Assembly (NCBI GenBank): GCA_030265395.1
Contig: JARFYF010000050.1
Coordinates: 25,840,865-25,904,864 of the forward strand
DNA from: Rhina ancylostomus
Taxonomy: Eukaryota
Reading direction: 5' to 3'
Length of the DNA: 64,000 nt
Every line of letters begins with the position of its first letter. Position 1 is the stretch's first letter. A program made the translations under genes and the position numbers. The notes under the pieces are model-generated. The model had not been told where the DNA came from. It made no database searches and saw nothing but the letters and a program-made list of their open reading frames with translations. Below are positions 28,353 through 44,454 of this stretch, piece after piece.

Positions 28353-31300
28353 TTAAACCTGCTTGGCCTTATAATCTATTGGAGTAGAGCATTTGGCAAT
28401 TGAGCAACTAAGATAAAATGAGGTTTAGTTACTTTGTTCTTCAAACTACAGGATATTAGTCTGACCTTTGCCAGAATGCTGCCAGTGCTGTTCATTACAA
28501 TATCTGAAAGGTGAGGCTGTGTGGTATATTGGTCAAGGCAATATTGGTACTCCCTCCTGGCAGACCGGGAGGACATCTAGGTCAAAGAAATCAATCATTT
28601 TTTAAAAAGTACTTAGCGTTGGATGTATACGAAAGGCTGAGCAAGATAAACAAAAAGAGGCAGATATAATCATTTTTCTGACCCAAAAAGATCCTTCATC
28701 TTATCTTTTGACTGTGAGCTATTAATCATATGAACTTTGCATGTCAATGGAACCATGCCAATATGCATGTATGATTCAGTTGTGATTTCAGCACAATGTA
28801 GATATTTCAGTGCTCTGACTTGTACGAATCAATGATCAAGTATCCACACTCTCAGTTTACAAGCAGCATACCAACAGTTACAATTTTGTCTCAGTTCAAA
28901 TTGTTAATTTGAATACAGTAATTATCCTGATAGAAAAACAAGATTAAAAAGGTGAAATAAATGGATGATGATTTAAGTCACAAACTAAAACAGATAGCCG
29001 ATATAAAACTTCCAATTGCCTTTATCCCTGTAATTTCCTTGACAACTAAAGCATAAATCAAATAGCATTATGCTCAAAAAACTTACTCTAACACTACCTT
29101 TTCCAAAGAACAATTTCAACAGTTTATTTGTAAAAATTACAAATAGTTTAACCAGTCATGTTTTTGTGTCAAAATTAGTTTAGAATGGAGCCATCAATCT
29201 TACCAAAAAAAAAGTGGAAGGGTCAAATAACCATAAAAAACTAGTTTCTAGATGGCTCATAGAAATGTAAATTAATCATGTTATCTTTTTGTGTCACAGA
29301 AGAACAATATTATGAGGTAATTTTCACCTTACAGTATGAAAGCACAAGAACCACTGAAATCTTAAACTGAGAAAATGTACCGCATGCAACAACTATTTCA
29401 GGATGAAGGGAGATCACAATGATACATGAAATGTTATCATTTGTGTTCATTGCATTGCATCTGTGATGTTTACAAAGTGAACGTGAAGGCAAATGTAATA
29501 TCTTTGGGAATCCATAAGCCAGCATTAAGTGTAATTCTGGATAATAGATTTCGTGATACTGTACAAACTCCAAATGTTTGGCAACTTTATAGTGACTCAT
29601 CAGGGGATAATCAGGAAAATTGCATTAAACAAATTAACAATAACAGCACTAAACACCTATTAGGTCATTCATGTACAGATAGTGTGTAACTTCATGTCTT
29701 CAGTTACACAAATATTGTTCTGGTATTAACACAAGCTTGTAGAGTGCCACACTAGTTTCTTTCCTATCAACAAAGTGGTTGTCAATGGTAATTTTGTTGA
29801 TTGACAATCACTTTATCATCTGTTAAGATCGATCTTGAAGGTTTTGAGAGACTCCCTGTTACTTGTTATACCTGCTGGTTCACCTCTCTTCCTTTAGAAT
29901 ATAAATATATTAATACATTAATTGTCAACTATATGCACAAAAGTTTTTGAGTAAAATACAAATCATGACTGGTGTAGTTGACTGATTTCTTAAGTTTAAT
30001 CTAATCCATAAGGCAAATATTATCATTGCTCTGTCCAGGTAGTTGAGTGAAAGGTATCTTATACATGGACTACTGCAAAAGTACATGCAATATATATTAT
30101 CAGTTAGAATGAGAATGATAAAATTATTCAATAATGCAAGTAGCTATGAACACTCCACTTGTAAGCTATTAAGTGTATTGCAAATTCAGCATAAAGCAAA
30201 TTAACAGGGAAATAATTATTAAGTCCAGTCTCTATCAGTGCATTTACATAAGGGTATTCAAAATCCTTAAGAGATTCTGTATTGATTCATGTGAAATACT
30301 GCAGCTGTCTGAAGTAAATTTGCCTGATTTCAGATAAAATGCAAGTTTTGCATACTTTCCAAAATACCACTGAAAGTGCAGGCAAATGAGCAGTTAGTTA
30401 TGATGTCCTTCTGTCATATTAATGTAATGGAATGGTGGAAAATCTTTCTGAATAATATGCTAAGTTGTCTGAGTGAAAGAACGTGGTACAGCTTTTAATA
30501 TTAACATTCCCTCTGATATATAGCAAATCCACCACTATTAATGATTCTGTCTCATTAAAACCATTTTACATTCTTGAACTGTTTGTCCTTCTCTTATCTA
30601 TGATTTTAAAACTGGTTCATGTCCTGTCGGTTACTCTCCTCCTCAGCAGAACATTGTTTCAGGCAGACTAATTAATAACTTCAAAACCTCATTTCTTGTA
30701 AAGCAAACACCAGGCTCACCCTGGTACAGATACTTTATATACAACTAATTACCCCAGATATATCTAGGCTTTTGTTATAATTAGTGAGTAATCTCAGAGG
30801 CTATACAATCATTCAAATGTTCAGATATAAATTGAAACTGAATTTCAACTTTGTTCAAAATGCTGTACATCCCATGATGGACCTCATGAGATTGCTCCAT
30901 GGCATCAGTGGATGTTTTCCTATAACTTGCATTATCTGAGGATAATGACTAGATTTAATATTTAAAAATATGGTCAATAAAAATTAACATCAATGGAAAA
31001 CTACAGTGGGATAAATAGATCAATATTTGTTGTGCAAAAGAACTTGTGCGTCAAAGGCATTGTGTCAACAAACTAAAACAAAACTGTCATCAAACATGCA
31101 GGTAGTTCTTCATGGTAAAATCTTCTATTCACTTATGTTGTTTTTCATTTTCAAGCTTTTTTTAATTAATGTGCCATCTATAATTTCCTTGACAAAAGTT
31201 ACACAGAGATCTTACTCTACCACAAGTGATGGTCCCTAAATACAAATAATTTATTACATATATAATTGCACCGTGTGTTTCAGCAATACACTAGATCTGC

Positions 31301-33199
31301 CACAATGGGAACAATACAAGTAGAAGATTGTGCTACTTTACTGTTCTATTTCATGAGAGATCTTTTCTAATGCTTCTGTTAACTCAAATTGAAAGAAAAT
31401 GCTTGAGGCATAAATAATATGCCATTATTTTAAAAGTATATAGTCAAATGTAATTATATCTACAAATCCTTGTTGAAACCTCAGTATGTAAGGGTATTAG
31501 ATTCCACAAAATGTGTTTCCATGCCTGCAAAGTTGGCACACAGCTCTGGCAAAAAAAGAGAACTTGAAATGTAACTAAGCTAATCTTTCTAGTTACTTAA
31601 AGTGCTGATGAATCATATCACTGTCCTATCACACTGCTAAAATACAAGGAAATTAATATTCCAACAGAAGACACCAATACTTTCAGGCTTCTAAGGATTT
31701 GAACACAAATCCTTATTTGCTTCAATTAGCACAAAACTGAACCCGCAAAGTTAAATTTTGAATCAAACACTCTGGCCCTTTCTTTTTTAATTAGGTTAAT
31801 TTTATTCTGCACAAAGGAACTAATTGAAACTTGAAAAAATGTTACTTTTCTTTTTCTCAAAATAATAAACAAGTTGTTCATCCCAAGGAGGAGTCTTACT
31901 GATGCAATGTCCTTTTTCGAGCAATTGCTTGTATGTTGTACATATATCGTCATTGAAAGACTTGGTCCATACACATACATCTATTATTGGCAGGGCGTAA
32001 ATCCCTCAGGGGTGGACTCGTATGTGGCTCATCTGCAATAAGAATGGCATTAATTTGCATGTAACCCTACAAGCGCGAATATTTACCCACTGGATTCCAA
32101 TCCGGTGATGGCAGCTGATCCTACTAATTAAACATGCCTGCACGACCCTCGACTCCCCAACCACCGCCTCCCCCGCCCCACCACCACACCCTCTTCATGC
32201 TTCCTGTGCTCCATAGGCTAAGTGACAGCCCCAGCTATGCCTTACCAATGACGGCCCTACCACCCTCCTCCCTGCATTCACTCATCTCAGATTCTCCTGA
32301 GAAAACTGTCGCACCAAGTGAACCGAGTTCGTGGAGGGTAACTTCCACGGGGACTTCTGAAGTGTTATTAAAAGTGCTATACTGTCAATCTCTACCTGCC
32401 ACCGAGAATGATGTTTGAGGACCAAGTAAAAATATCAGCTCAAGCTAACGCCTTTCCAAAACAAGGTCTCTCTATGTTTGTATTTATTCAACAATCTTAC
32501 ATCCCTTTGAGAGGGGCTGTTGACGGCAAAGTACTCCTCCTTTCAAACGTGAATGTGAGCAAGGGTTAAATGTTTTACCGAGGGTAAAACGGTTGACTGC
32601 AACCGTTTGTTTCCTCCTGGGTTTAGGCCAGGCGAAGTTTCTGGGTACGGACAGTGATTCAAATTTATTTGAAGTTGTTCAACTTTTCTAAAACTTAACT
32701 TTCTGAAACTCACCCGCGAGGAGGCACTTTCATGTCACTGAATGCTTCAACAAATGGGATATTTCAGGATGGTCCGGACCATTTCCCCTCTCGCAGCTGA
32801 TGAGATGGTAAGGGGAAGGTGGGCACGTATTCTCGTCCGGGGCTAGTTTGGAAATGAAGGGAAACGCCACGGCGATTAAACGACCTCATCGATTTGCAGA
32901 TCTCTTTACTCTATGGTAGGAACCCATTCAGCCCATTGAGAATATGGCAACTCTCTGCTATCCCATTTCCCACGCAACATATTCTCCCATATCCTATACC
33001 TCAATATGAGTAAAGATCTTGTGCTAATTCAGTGATTTGGATTGTTGTGGGGCAAAGTTGTTCAAATCCTCAGAATGCTGGAAGTATTGGAGGACTATTC
33101 ATTTCATCGTATTTTAACAGGGTGACGGGACAGAGGTACGATTTACGTGCACTTTAAGTGACTAGAAAGGTTTGTGTAGTTACATTTCAAGAGCTCTAC

Positions 33200-33480
33200 A
33201 GGTGAGGCAGGAAAATCTCGGTCCTCCGGGATGGAGTCAAGTTTAGTTTTTCCTCGCGAGTTATCTGCTGAGGAGCCCAACACTTGTTGATTGTGAAAGA
33301 ACAACCCTTCAGAAGCTGCGGCGGCCTGATGGTGGCAGCACCCGCACGGAATGAAGCGGCCATCTGTCCGGACAACTCACAGGACACCGCCAGGGAGCTG
33401 CCTCGCCACCCGCCGTCTGAACGCAAGCTATTTTTACTACTGGAGAGGGACGAGGCTTAAACCCGCAACCTTCCCCCCTC
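33200..33480 (-). mobile_element. tRNA-derived SINE-like element retaining CpGs
   Basis: Ends in GAGGCTTAAACCCGCAACCTTC (antisense B-box-like head). Also has CTCACAGGACACCGCCAGGGAG, resembling shark SINE bodies. Confidence 0.4.
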
Positions 33481-35860
33481 CCTACCCCCACAAACCTTCA
33501 AAAACACAAATGTAAATAGCAAATTTACAACCAATTGCGAATTTCAATGTCAACGAAATTCATTTATCTCCGTTCCTTTAAAGTCCCTATCCAATTAGTA
33601 TCTAGGGTAAAATGTCGATGATTTGCTCTAAATGGCAACTGAACGTTATCAGAGCAACGGGAGACAATATTTGTCTATTTCAAAAGACTAATATTAATGA
33701 GCATCGAGGACCCTTGAATAAACACTAAGTCTGCTGAACTGCAGTTAGTTGCTCTTCAGGTCAAAGGCCCGTCAGATTCGTGATCAAGATCCAATTTAAG
33801 AAGAAACAATGCTATTCCAAATCGACATATTTAGCCACGTTTCCCCACTGATTCTGCAAGTTGCTATTCGTCGCTGTTGATAAATGAGACCGGGGCTAAA
33901 CCATCACATAATGCTGATTAGCAGCCCCCAGACCCCGTTTTCATTAGCTGGCGTTTACTGTTGGGCCGGATTACAATTATCTTCCATCTAAACATAAAGC
34001 AGCCGACCATTCCCTGGCAGATGGACTCTTGTTTATTTCTTTTGCCACCTTCGTCTCGAGTCTTGGAGAGGAGGGGGTTGTGGTGAGGGAAGTTGGGGTG
34101 GGTGGAAACAACTGTTCCATGTTGTGATAGTAAACAGAAATGAACTCTTAAAAACTCGACCTGAAGTTCCAAACACCCCGTCAGTCCATATGGCGACTGG
34201 TGCCGAACCTTTTTTTTTAAAGTTATCTTCCTCATCTTGGGGCGGATACCTGACCACAAACAGTGAAAGGGGAAAAAAAGCAGAACAGCACCTGCATATA
34301 ATCGTGCTTTGAGCTGTAATTAAACCAAATATGAAAGTCGTCTGAAAATTAATCGGAACATTTGTATACTTTCATTGGGTAAAATAAGAAGTAATTAGGT
34401 TTTGAAGTAAAATTTATTGCCAGATCACTGGAAAATCATTCGATATTTTTGAGCTTCTTATCAGGACCTCGATCTTTTCCGCTATGAGAAAGGAGAACCT
34501 GAAATGGGAAAAAATCTTTCTTCAACTTCTAAACTTGTCCAACTTATTAAAATTCCGTTTAAAGTGACCGCCAGCTCCCCTTGGTGAATCTGGGAGTTTT
34601 CCATGCAGTGGTATGGCTGGTCATTAAGAGGACCCCGACATGTGAGACACTTCACCAGGACTCTCTCACAGCAGACAGTTTCAGACAGAAGTTGCTGATA
34701 AGCCGGGAGAAGGATACAAACATTTGGGCATTTGTTTTCTTATCCTTTTGTTGTTGCTGTTTAATGTTGATTTACATTCCACTCAATCCAAGTCAACAAA
34801 CGAACTCGCCACGACGCAGTCCGAGACAAGCGCGGAGATCAACAACAGAAAGCGGGGTTTCCGCCACGTAAATATTCGGCGGGGAAATTCTGCACATTGA
34901 CTTAGCTTCCCCCTTCCACTGCTCACAATCCAGAAGGAATGGGAATCTATTCGCAGACAACATACCCCACAGTTTCCATGATCCTAACACTTTTAATCGC
35001 AAATATGGAAATTCCTTTAAAAAATCATATGCCACTCCAATGTAACTACCAAAAAAAGACACGCATAAGTCACTATTTAAAGATTGTAATGCATTGAAAA
35101 TATTGCAATGTTTTGGAAAGAAAAGTTATGGTTGGAATCGCCATCCGAGCTAATTTCCACCTTCCCCGTGCCTATCGTAATATCACTTGCAGCTGGGGTT
35201 GGAATCTTATGGATTCNNNNNNNNNNCAGGTTATTTTTTCCCACTTTAAGGAACAATAAGTATTTACGTCTATGGTTACGTTTTCCCTGAGAATTTTTAA
35301 AATCTTTGTCTTCGGGCCAATTAAGCAAATAATCCATAAATCTCAATACTAACAAAACAAATCGTATTTTAACGACTTCTAATTTATATAATTCATTATA
35401 ACTTTCTGGTAGGATGCACTTCATGGGAGAACAATGATTGCGAACAATGATTATGAAATGCTTGACATATTTAGTGCACTATTCTCAAAAGCTGGGGACA
35501 TTAAAACAAGAAACTTTCTCCAACTATGTCTTTCAATCGCAGTGGTATTCCATCATATACAAAACTTTACATCAACGCCTTCCCCCAGAGGCTAGCTTGA
35601 TGTTGGGAGACAGAGTAGAATTGGATGTATTTGTGTGTGTAAAAAAAGATCAGAATAAGACCCCCATCACATTCGGGAGAACGCGCCAGCTCTGATGTGA
35701 CACCTTGTTTCTTATTTCAATTGAAACAAATCTTTCAGAATGAATGAACAATAAATGGAATGAAGCGTTTCGCCATCAAGTCGAATTAAATCAACACTCT
35801 CCAAAATTTTGAAAACGACTACGAGGCAGACGTTGTGATTTTATTTTTAAATTGTGCGGA

Positions 35861-35880
35861 CTCTCTCTCTTTCTCTCTCG
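35861..35880. repeat. (CT)n microsatellite, imperfect
   Basis: ctctctctctttctctctcg. Confidence 0.8.
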
Positions 35881-36896
35881 CTGTCTTTGTTGAGATGACT
35901 CACGCATGGAAGAGAAAGTGGAACTCTTCACAATCGGTTATCTCGCATCGCCTTCACCAGCAGCCCCACCATGAACACGTGTAAAAAAATCTACAAAACG
36001 CGAATGTTCCAAAAAAGGAAAGGAACTTTGTTTTGAAAGGATTTGTACAATCTTATATTTAAAACATTCGGCCAGGCGACACGGTCGCGAGGTTTAAAGA
36101 CGCGGTAAAGCGGATTAAAGCAACAATCTTCAGAGAAGATAAGGCAATTTCCAGTAATTGTTGTCAATCATCAGATCAGATCACTAGAATTCATTAGTGG
36201 AACCACCTCTAAAACCTTGTGTTTGAGCATTGTAATTTGAACAGATGGGGGCAAAACTAGCTCCACCGGTTAGATTCTTAACTCTAGTTGAGTCTCACTT
36301 TCTACCAAAGCTGGGTTCTGAAAAGTATCTCAGGACGGGACACGAATGGGTGCGTTTTAAATGGGCAAATTAGACGGAAGATCAGACTTATCGGATGAGG
36401 CGAAGCGGCCGGTTGTCATTATGTGTCGGAACATGTGTTTAAAATCAGAGAGCGGCCACAAGTTATACAAACATTCTGATCTCCCAGTAACTGGCGGGGG
36501 ACGGAACATCTCGGAGAGCAAATTGGTTATGGGAAGATTTTTTATCCTCTGTCCTTGGAGGGATGGAAATGTAGGCTCTCTTCCAGAATGTATTCACAGG
36601 AACCTTCAGCTGGCAGAGAGAACAGCAGGTTTCACCAGAAAGAGGGAAATCTCTTGTTTCCCTGCATCCCGATTTATTCCCAGAGCTTGTGTTACTGAGA
36701 CGTTTCCTGACTTGATGGATCTAAGCTAAAAGGCTGCTGGGTTTCACCTTTTGAACTGACACAATATCCCCTGTTCCTGGGCCACTATGGAGCTCTATAA
36801 AAATAAAAGCACACTGCCCTCAGCTCCCTACAGTTTTAACCTAATGAGTCTTGTGCCATAATTTATTTTAATGATCTTTCTTTCTTAACACCCCCA

Positions 36897-36928
36897 CTAC
36901 ACACAAACACACACACGCACACACACAC
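36897..36928. repeat. (CA)n microsatellite, imperfect
   Basis: ctacacacaaacacacacacgcacacacacac. Confidence 0.9.
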
Positions 36929-38077
36929 TTAAGTATCACTCAGTTCACAGCGATTAAGAGGAGAGCGATTTTAGAGAGCAATGGGAAATATCGGTTGAAT
37001 CACCGTCCGAAGTTCACAATACAACAGTTGTTCTTAGAGAAACTCTTTCATTATATGAGATAGCATGGATGATCATGTACTCAGTCATGTTTATTGAACT
37101 GCAGTCAATTCCACCGTAAGATCGCATTTGGCAAAACGCTCCCCTTGATTGCAATAAACAGTTTAACGTATAAATTAAATATTTCTCCAACACAGCCTGG
37201 TTGAAATTCCCTCTTCGCGTGTGACAATATCCATATTAACTTTATAATTTCGTCTCTTGGTTGCCAGGCGATAAATAGCAATTAAAACTGGTTGGCGAAC
37301 TGCAAAAGTTTTTTTAAAAAAACAACTCCATATCGTTCAAACTTCTGAACATGGACAAGAGCATGCTTTATTTTAGACATTCGCACAGGCAAATACAGAC
37401 TGCGTTATACAAGACAAACGTTACCCTGACACTTTTCCAACCAGCAAACACAAACTTCTCTTCAGAGAGAGGAGATGTAAAACTGACATGCATCATAAAT
37501 TGCCTGTAGGAGTTTGTGAACATTAAAATCCAGGTTTATTGCAACCAGAAGTAGAGTGCATTAAAACGTGCAGTCACTGCCCAACACAAAGTAGAATCTG
37601 GCATTAAAACCTGCCTGGCTCAGATGTTAGAATATGTTTTACTCGGGCTGGGTTTTATAACTCTCTGCCCGATAGTATCACCAGAGGGAGAAAAATGGAG
37701 TTCGGTTTTCCAAAGTAGATGCAGATTGTTGGAACTGTGTAACAAACACGTCGTGTGTTGGTGGCTGCCTTCATGTGTCAATCACAGCTACCAACATCCG
37801 CAGAAGTGTTTCAGTTTGAATTAACACGTTCACAACGGCTTCAACCCGCTTTTACCCCCCGAGTTTAACCGAGTGTTGCCTCCAAACCTTGTAGCGTTCA
37901 CTGCCAGTGCCCACATCACGGGCGCTGGTGGCACCGCCAACGCCCGCCGGTCTCTCAGGACAATCGGCTGGCAAGGGGCTTTCAGCTACCCTGCCCCCCC
38001 CATCCACCCCCCATCCCCGAAGCTGGGATCATCTCGTGCTCGGCCTCGCCCACAACTATCCCCGCGACTATCACTTA

Positions 38078-38653
<576 letters not shown>

Positions 38654-38859
38654 CTACAGAAAGTGCAATGGAATGGACAAATAAACTCCCATCATCTACG
38701 AGAGCAGCGTGTGAGCACTGGATACAACCGGCGTCATCAAACTGTTGACTGTGGCTACATAGTTGGAAGAGCAACCGCTGGGTAATGAGATAATCGTCCG
38801 TCCCCTCGTATCCTCCGCTCGCTTCGAGCTGATTCTCCCTCTAATTCCCAAGCTCAATA

Positions 38860-39060
38860 TTACTCGCCGTACGCTTGATGGCGTGACATTGGGTGATTGA
38901 CACCGCCGGCAGCCAGACATGAGCGGCGTTCCGCGCTCATTAGCCGGCAACGGCGCAGGCCTGCCTCCAATCAGAGGAGGCTGAGGCTCGCCACGCCCAC
39001 AGCCCGCCCCTCGGCGGCCAGTGCGCTTTCCCATTGGCTCGCAGGCCATTAGTCGGCATC
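38860..39060 (-). promoter_or_regulatory. HS3ST3B1 proximal promoter (CCAAT boxes plus GC/KLF boxes, no clear TATA box)
   Basis: ATTGG at 38888-38892 and 39033-39037 (AGCCAATGG on minus). CCAAT at 38967-38971. CCACGCCC at 38991-38998 and CCCGCCCC at 39003-39010. All lie in a GC/CpG-rich tract 270-420 bp upstream of the ATG. Confidence 0.7.
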
Positions 39061-42000
39061 AAAGGTAAGCGGGAGGGTTGAGTCCACCTGGCGCTGAAGC
39101 CCCGTCCAACTTTGGCGGCGCTTTATTTGCAACCCTCCCTTGCCATCGCGCCACCCATCTATCACTCGATACATTACAGGACCATTAAAAAGTATTTGGT
39201 GGCCCGACTTGATAAGTGCTGGCAAAGTCCGACCCCAAAACCACCAAGCGTCCCCGAGTGAAACATTCCCAGTCTTTTCACAAATGCACGCTGATGTGCC
39301 AGAACGCTGCATTAAACACACCAAGCCTAGACTGCTCCAGCCACTGACGGAAATGAGTGAATCAGACCTGAAAGATCGTTTTACCCCGAGACAGGCTCTT
39401 AACTTTGTGCAGTTCGACCGTAAAATTCCTCGCGGTGGTTCTCATCAGTTCCAAGAGTAGACGTACCTCGGTAATTGATATTGATAGCGACATGGAGAGG
39501 CTGGTGCAGTTGGAACACTATAAATAGATTGGGTAATCAGCCTGATTCAGATAAATGGAACGAGTTATAAAAGTATTCACATCTCTGCTAATTCGTGGAC
39601 TGGATCAGAATGACCAAAATCTAGAGAACCAACCGATGCTGGGTTTAAGTGGACAATCTCAAAAGTTACTGAGACCTGAACATGGAGGACAATGCCAATT
39701 GAACTCTTAGAGATATGAACAATGGTATCGATATCAACTTCCCTTTCATCATCAGTTGAAAGCTCCCTTTGTTCAGTTATCCACAATTATGAAATGTTCA
39801 ACACTAAAATGTCATATACAATGCTTGAAATCCGTTATCATTTTTGAACTGTGGAGCTCCGCTGTGGATAACTTGGGAGGCACAAATTCACAGCAATCAA
39901 TAATTTTAAAAATCTGTATTTACACAGTGGTAAATATGAAATATTTCAAATATAATTTTGTAGCAATTAAAATATCAGATGAATATGTATTACCAAGCTT
40001 CGTAACCCCCCTCCAATTTCTTTATGTGGTTAAATTTGCCACCGTTATGAAAAATATAATCCTGTTATACAAATATGATTGTTTTATATCGTCCAATGCA
40101 ATATTTGGTCGGTTAAGAATACCTATCCGAAAGCCTGACATGGCAATTTCAATAAAAAGTTGAACATTTTCCTGGACTGACTGGTTTGCAATTAAAGTAA
40201 GTGTGGGTCTCCGGTCACTTAACCCCCAAGGTAAGGGTGAACTGAGTCACGAATGTTTTTGCAAAGGGTGATCTTTATTAAGACGTCTGTTCATCAAGAG
40301 TGGCCGGCCGTGTGTGTGTTCCCTCGGCGTTTCAGAGGGAGCTTCCCTCGCACAGCTTTATTTTAAACAACTTTACACAACTTTGAACACAAAACCCACA
40401 TCAACACTCAACCTGCAAAGCCAGGGATTTAGTTTTAGTACCAGATCCCGATCTCTTTGATTCTATAAAGTAAAAGATTGATTTTCTTTTTGGAATTAAT
40501 CAGCATTTAAAAACATTACAGTTTCAAAATTGCAAAGTTATAAATTCCCATTTTAAGTTGCGATTAACAATAACACGAATTCCTTTTAAAATTAACGCAG
40601 CCTCACTTTAGAAAACCTAATATCTGAGTGTCTTTTTTGTTGTTGAAGTCGACCCTTTTCTCAGAACAAAATCAGGAGTAGTCTATGCTTTCTTGAAGTT
40701 AAGATTCAGAGTAATTGTAAGAAACCGATCTTTCCACTGTTTATACGTTAAGGCGAGGGACGGGGGGGGAATATGTTACAGAATAGTTTTACAGTAAATT
40801 TGCAACATTCATTGGTCTACAGTGAATAATGAGAAAGTATCCACAACCAGGCCACGGATGATAAATGAGTAAAGTTCTTGTGTCACTCAGGATGCCTGCT
40901 TGTGAGGTAAAATATTCATCGGACTTATATCGGTTTTGTATATCGACCCCATTCTTTTAATAGGCGTGCATTGAAATCTACATCGAAATGGAAGTAGACA
41001 GTCTTCGTTTTGTCTTCTCTGGTCAACTCATTTCCTTTTATAATAATTTTAATTGTATCGCATTAATCAGTTTACGGATGGCCCCCGCGCTGTAAATCAA
41101 CCGCGGTTACACGGAGATCACCGGTCGGTTCATTTTCAATTCATGAATCTGACATGAAATTGACGCGTGGGTACGAAAACGATACTGATGATTTAATATC
41201 CGTGACTAATAATTTTTCCAGATTGGAGACACAATTCCCGGCAAATACAAATTTGTTGAACAAATAATCAGGAAAGACTTGGGGACAGTTTTCTCGGCTG
41301 GAACGGCTGTCGGGACCCAGCCGTTCTTCATCGCTCGTGCAGGTGTCCGAAAATCTTTAATTTCGCTTCCCCCCCAACCCCCCGAGTGGGGATGTGGAGA
41401 AGACGGAACGCCTCATTTAGTTGGAAAGATCGAATTTTTCCTATAAATGGAGTGTATGGAAAGTTTGCTGAAATGTTCGCCAAGTGGGCTGAGAGATAAT
41501 TAATAATATAGAAGATTGATTGAATATTCCTCATCATTGTAATCAACGACTGAATTAACCCAACCTACGTGCAATTGATATTTGTGGCTGCATGGAAATA
41601 AAAAAGACATAACTTTTATTACTCTGATTCTCTGGGGGTCTGAAAGATTTGTGACTCACCGCGTTGAATTTGCCATTATGTACAATCTCACCAAGCACTA
41701 CTGAGGGGCTCGGTTCTCTGACCACCCTTGTTATTATGAACTCTCTGCATCTCAAACCGCAGAGACAAGTTTAAAACTGATCGGAAAACTGTCAACTTAG
41801 AGTTATGCTTTTCAATACGTTAGGGATTCCTGTCACGCAGTCTGCCTGTCTTTTGGGATAAACGTTAATTGTTTACCACATTCTCTAACTTAACCATTTC
41901 ATGTTTATATTAAAACTGCGGCGTAATAACGTGTTACAATTGAGTGACTGCCTTCGAGAGTAGGTGTTTGTGTACGTGTGTGTTATCTTCGTAATTCTAT

Positions 42001-44454
42001 GTACACTTGGTAGGATATAACGAATAGATTCGATTTATTCCCTCGCGGGTATTCAAAGGAGTGTTACATTAATGTACTTTCACCATATACATTACATTAG
42101 GAGGTCACAGCAGCTTCTGTGAACTCTATATTTATTCTTATAATTAAGTTGACCGGACATGCGATAGTATTAAATCACACCCACGGCCAATTTACATTAT
42201 TTGGAGCTGGAAATCAGTCTGACAAAATAACGCATCGAACCTAAATTGGTACAATAAAATGATTTTTTACGTCAATTGATACTTTGGAATATTTGGGCAA
42301 GGAATGAAGGCAATAAGTGAACGGATCTGTAATGTTAACCTTAAAGAAAAGCTTCCAAACTCTGTGCGATATATTAACCGGCGGGCATATGCGGTTCTGC
42401 TGTAAAAAATGCATGAAGTATGAACTATTGTATTGCCGGTATCGATAATGAAGTATAATAAAATCTGAACTGTTTCCCTCTTTAAACATGGGCGGTCATT
42501 TGTTTTAAATGGTGGACCCTATTGAGATAAATAAAAGAGCAAACGTTTCCTGACAGATGAGCAATGAGGCATTCAGAGATCAGTTAATTACCATCAGAGT
42601 CAGGAAATAAGTGTTACATCTCGGAGTTAACAACGACAAGTACAAATCGCTGTAATATGAACGCAGTGACTCCGTGCAGACATTTTCCATGTAAGAGGTG
42701 GGCAGGCAATAGCTTGCTGTTAAAAGTTATCATGTGAAAACGCACGTGACAAAGGCCAATAAAGTTAACATAAAATAGTCAAGTTATTGAAATGCATAAG
42801 CTTCACGTTCAATGTGCAGGACGGAACAATGGTGGAATAGAAAAAAAATACAAGCTATGAATTTAATGTCAGGAAGAAGAGATCTCCCGCATCACTGGCA
42901 TAGCGACATGGGCTTTACATCACAAAATGTTGACTGTTTGGAAAATATTAAGGATGGAGAGTTAGCTTTGATTCTCCAAATATTCTGTCGCACTGTAGAT
43001 ACTTTAACACCAAAACAAGAAATTTCAGCACTTAGAGGGTTAAGCACAATGTCTGGGGCTGGCGTGAAGAGTGTAATCTTCCCGGGATGTGGTCAGGAAC
43101 CATTACAAATACTTACTCCATTTCTAAAATTCCCCAAGCACTCGTCTGTCTTCTTCTGCAGCTCTGGACAGATTCATTATTCCTTACAAACTCGACATCT
43201 ATTCTAACCCTGAAATATGAAGTGCCGGTGAATGGTCGAGGTAATATTTAATATCCTGCGAGGCAGCCTTCCCTTTTTCCTGACAAATGAACTACAACCC
43301 AACCAAATGGTTCACATCTGTTTGGGCGCTTCTTCTGTGTTTGCAAATTAGCATTAAAATATGGGTAAACAATAAAAGAAGCCGTTTCTAGATCACAGGA
43401 CACAGACAATGATTACTGGACTAAGAACCGTGCCAAAAGCATCTGACATGGTTAGACCAGATGTTTTTACATCTACTATTGCTTCCTTCCTCTTAAAAAA
43501 AATCCACACAAGTGTCTGATTTTAACCATTTTACAGAAATGCGACCAAAAAGCTACGCAGTTCAGTCTGTCACCCATTCCCATCATTCATCTTTCTCACC
43601 CCTTTTCAGTTTGTATATATGTACACGCTTATTTAAACATGATACGGTGTTGGATCTTTAGTCCAGCTTTGTCTTTGGACCCTCTATTATGTGGTGGAAG
43701 TTTTCCCACAGAGCAGAGTGAATCTAACAACCCGAACACACATTTCACAAGTCAGGTTGGCTACGGCGGATCATATCTTTGCTGGCTGACTAATAGATGT
43801 TTGTATTGTCTTCGTGCCAATGAACTAAATTAAATGGAATTCAGCTGAAAATTGATAAAATGATAACCATTATCTCAAGAAATGTTATGCTTGGGCCAGG
43901 AATCCTACAATTTGCTAATAAGAGCAGCACATCTGCACATCTATGTGTTGTCCATTCAACAATTTGATATTAACACAAAGCATATAATATCCACAGTTTT
44001 ATCCAACTAATTCATTTCTTGAATGCACTGCCTTCACTGTGGTTCGTCGACTGCTCAGGCTGACCATTAAAATGGATTATCTGGGAACATTTCAGGTTTG
44101 GATAAAGGAGCCCTGTTTACACTGTCTGTCTAATCCTTTCCCGTTTTATTTTTAAATCAAGGATCTACCTGAAGCGGAATTTTCTTCAAGCTCACTATAA
44201 ATCTGATCAGCGGTACCGATACTGCTCTTATTCTATTTCTTCCATAGCCGAGCACACTTAAAAAAAGAGGGAAGCGTTTTAATGGACAGCCTAAACCGGA
44301 AAACAACATCTGCACGGACTCCAAACTTCACCTCATAACAGGAGGGCAAAGGGACCACTCTGTCAACATTAGGTACGAGGTTCGCACTGATAGCCATTCT
44401 TCAAAAGCAAAATAACACAGAATCAGATAAAAATAAACTGCTGGCAATATCAAG

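Noticed and set aside
38967-38995. Possible ER-stress element (CCAAT...CCACG)
   Set aside because: The spacing is 19 nt, not the required 9.
38696-39324. Minus-strand 117 aa and 91 aa ORFs upstream of HS3ST3B1
   Set aside because: They run through the CCAAT/GC-box promoter, where stop codons are scarce because of GC content. No recognisable homology.
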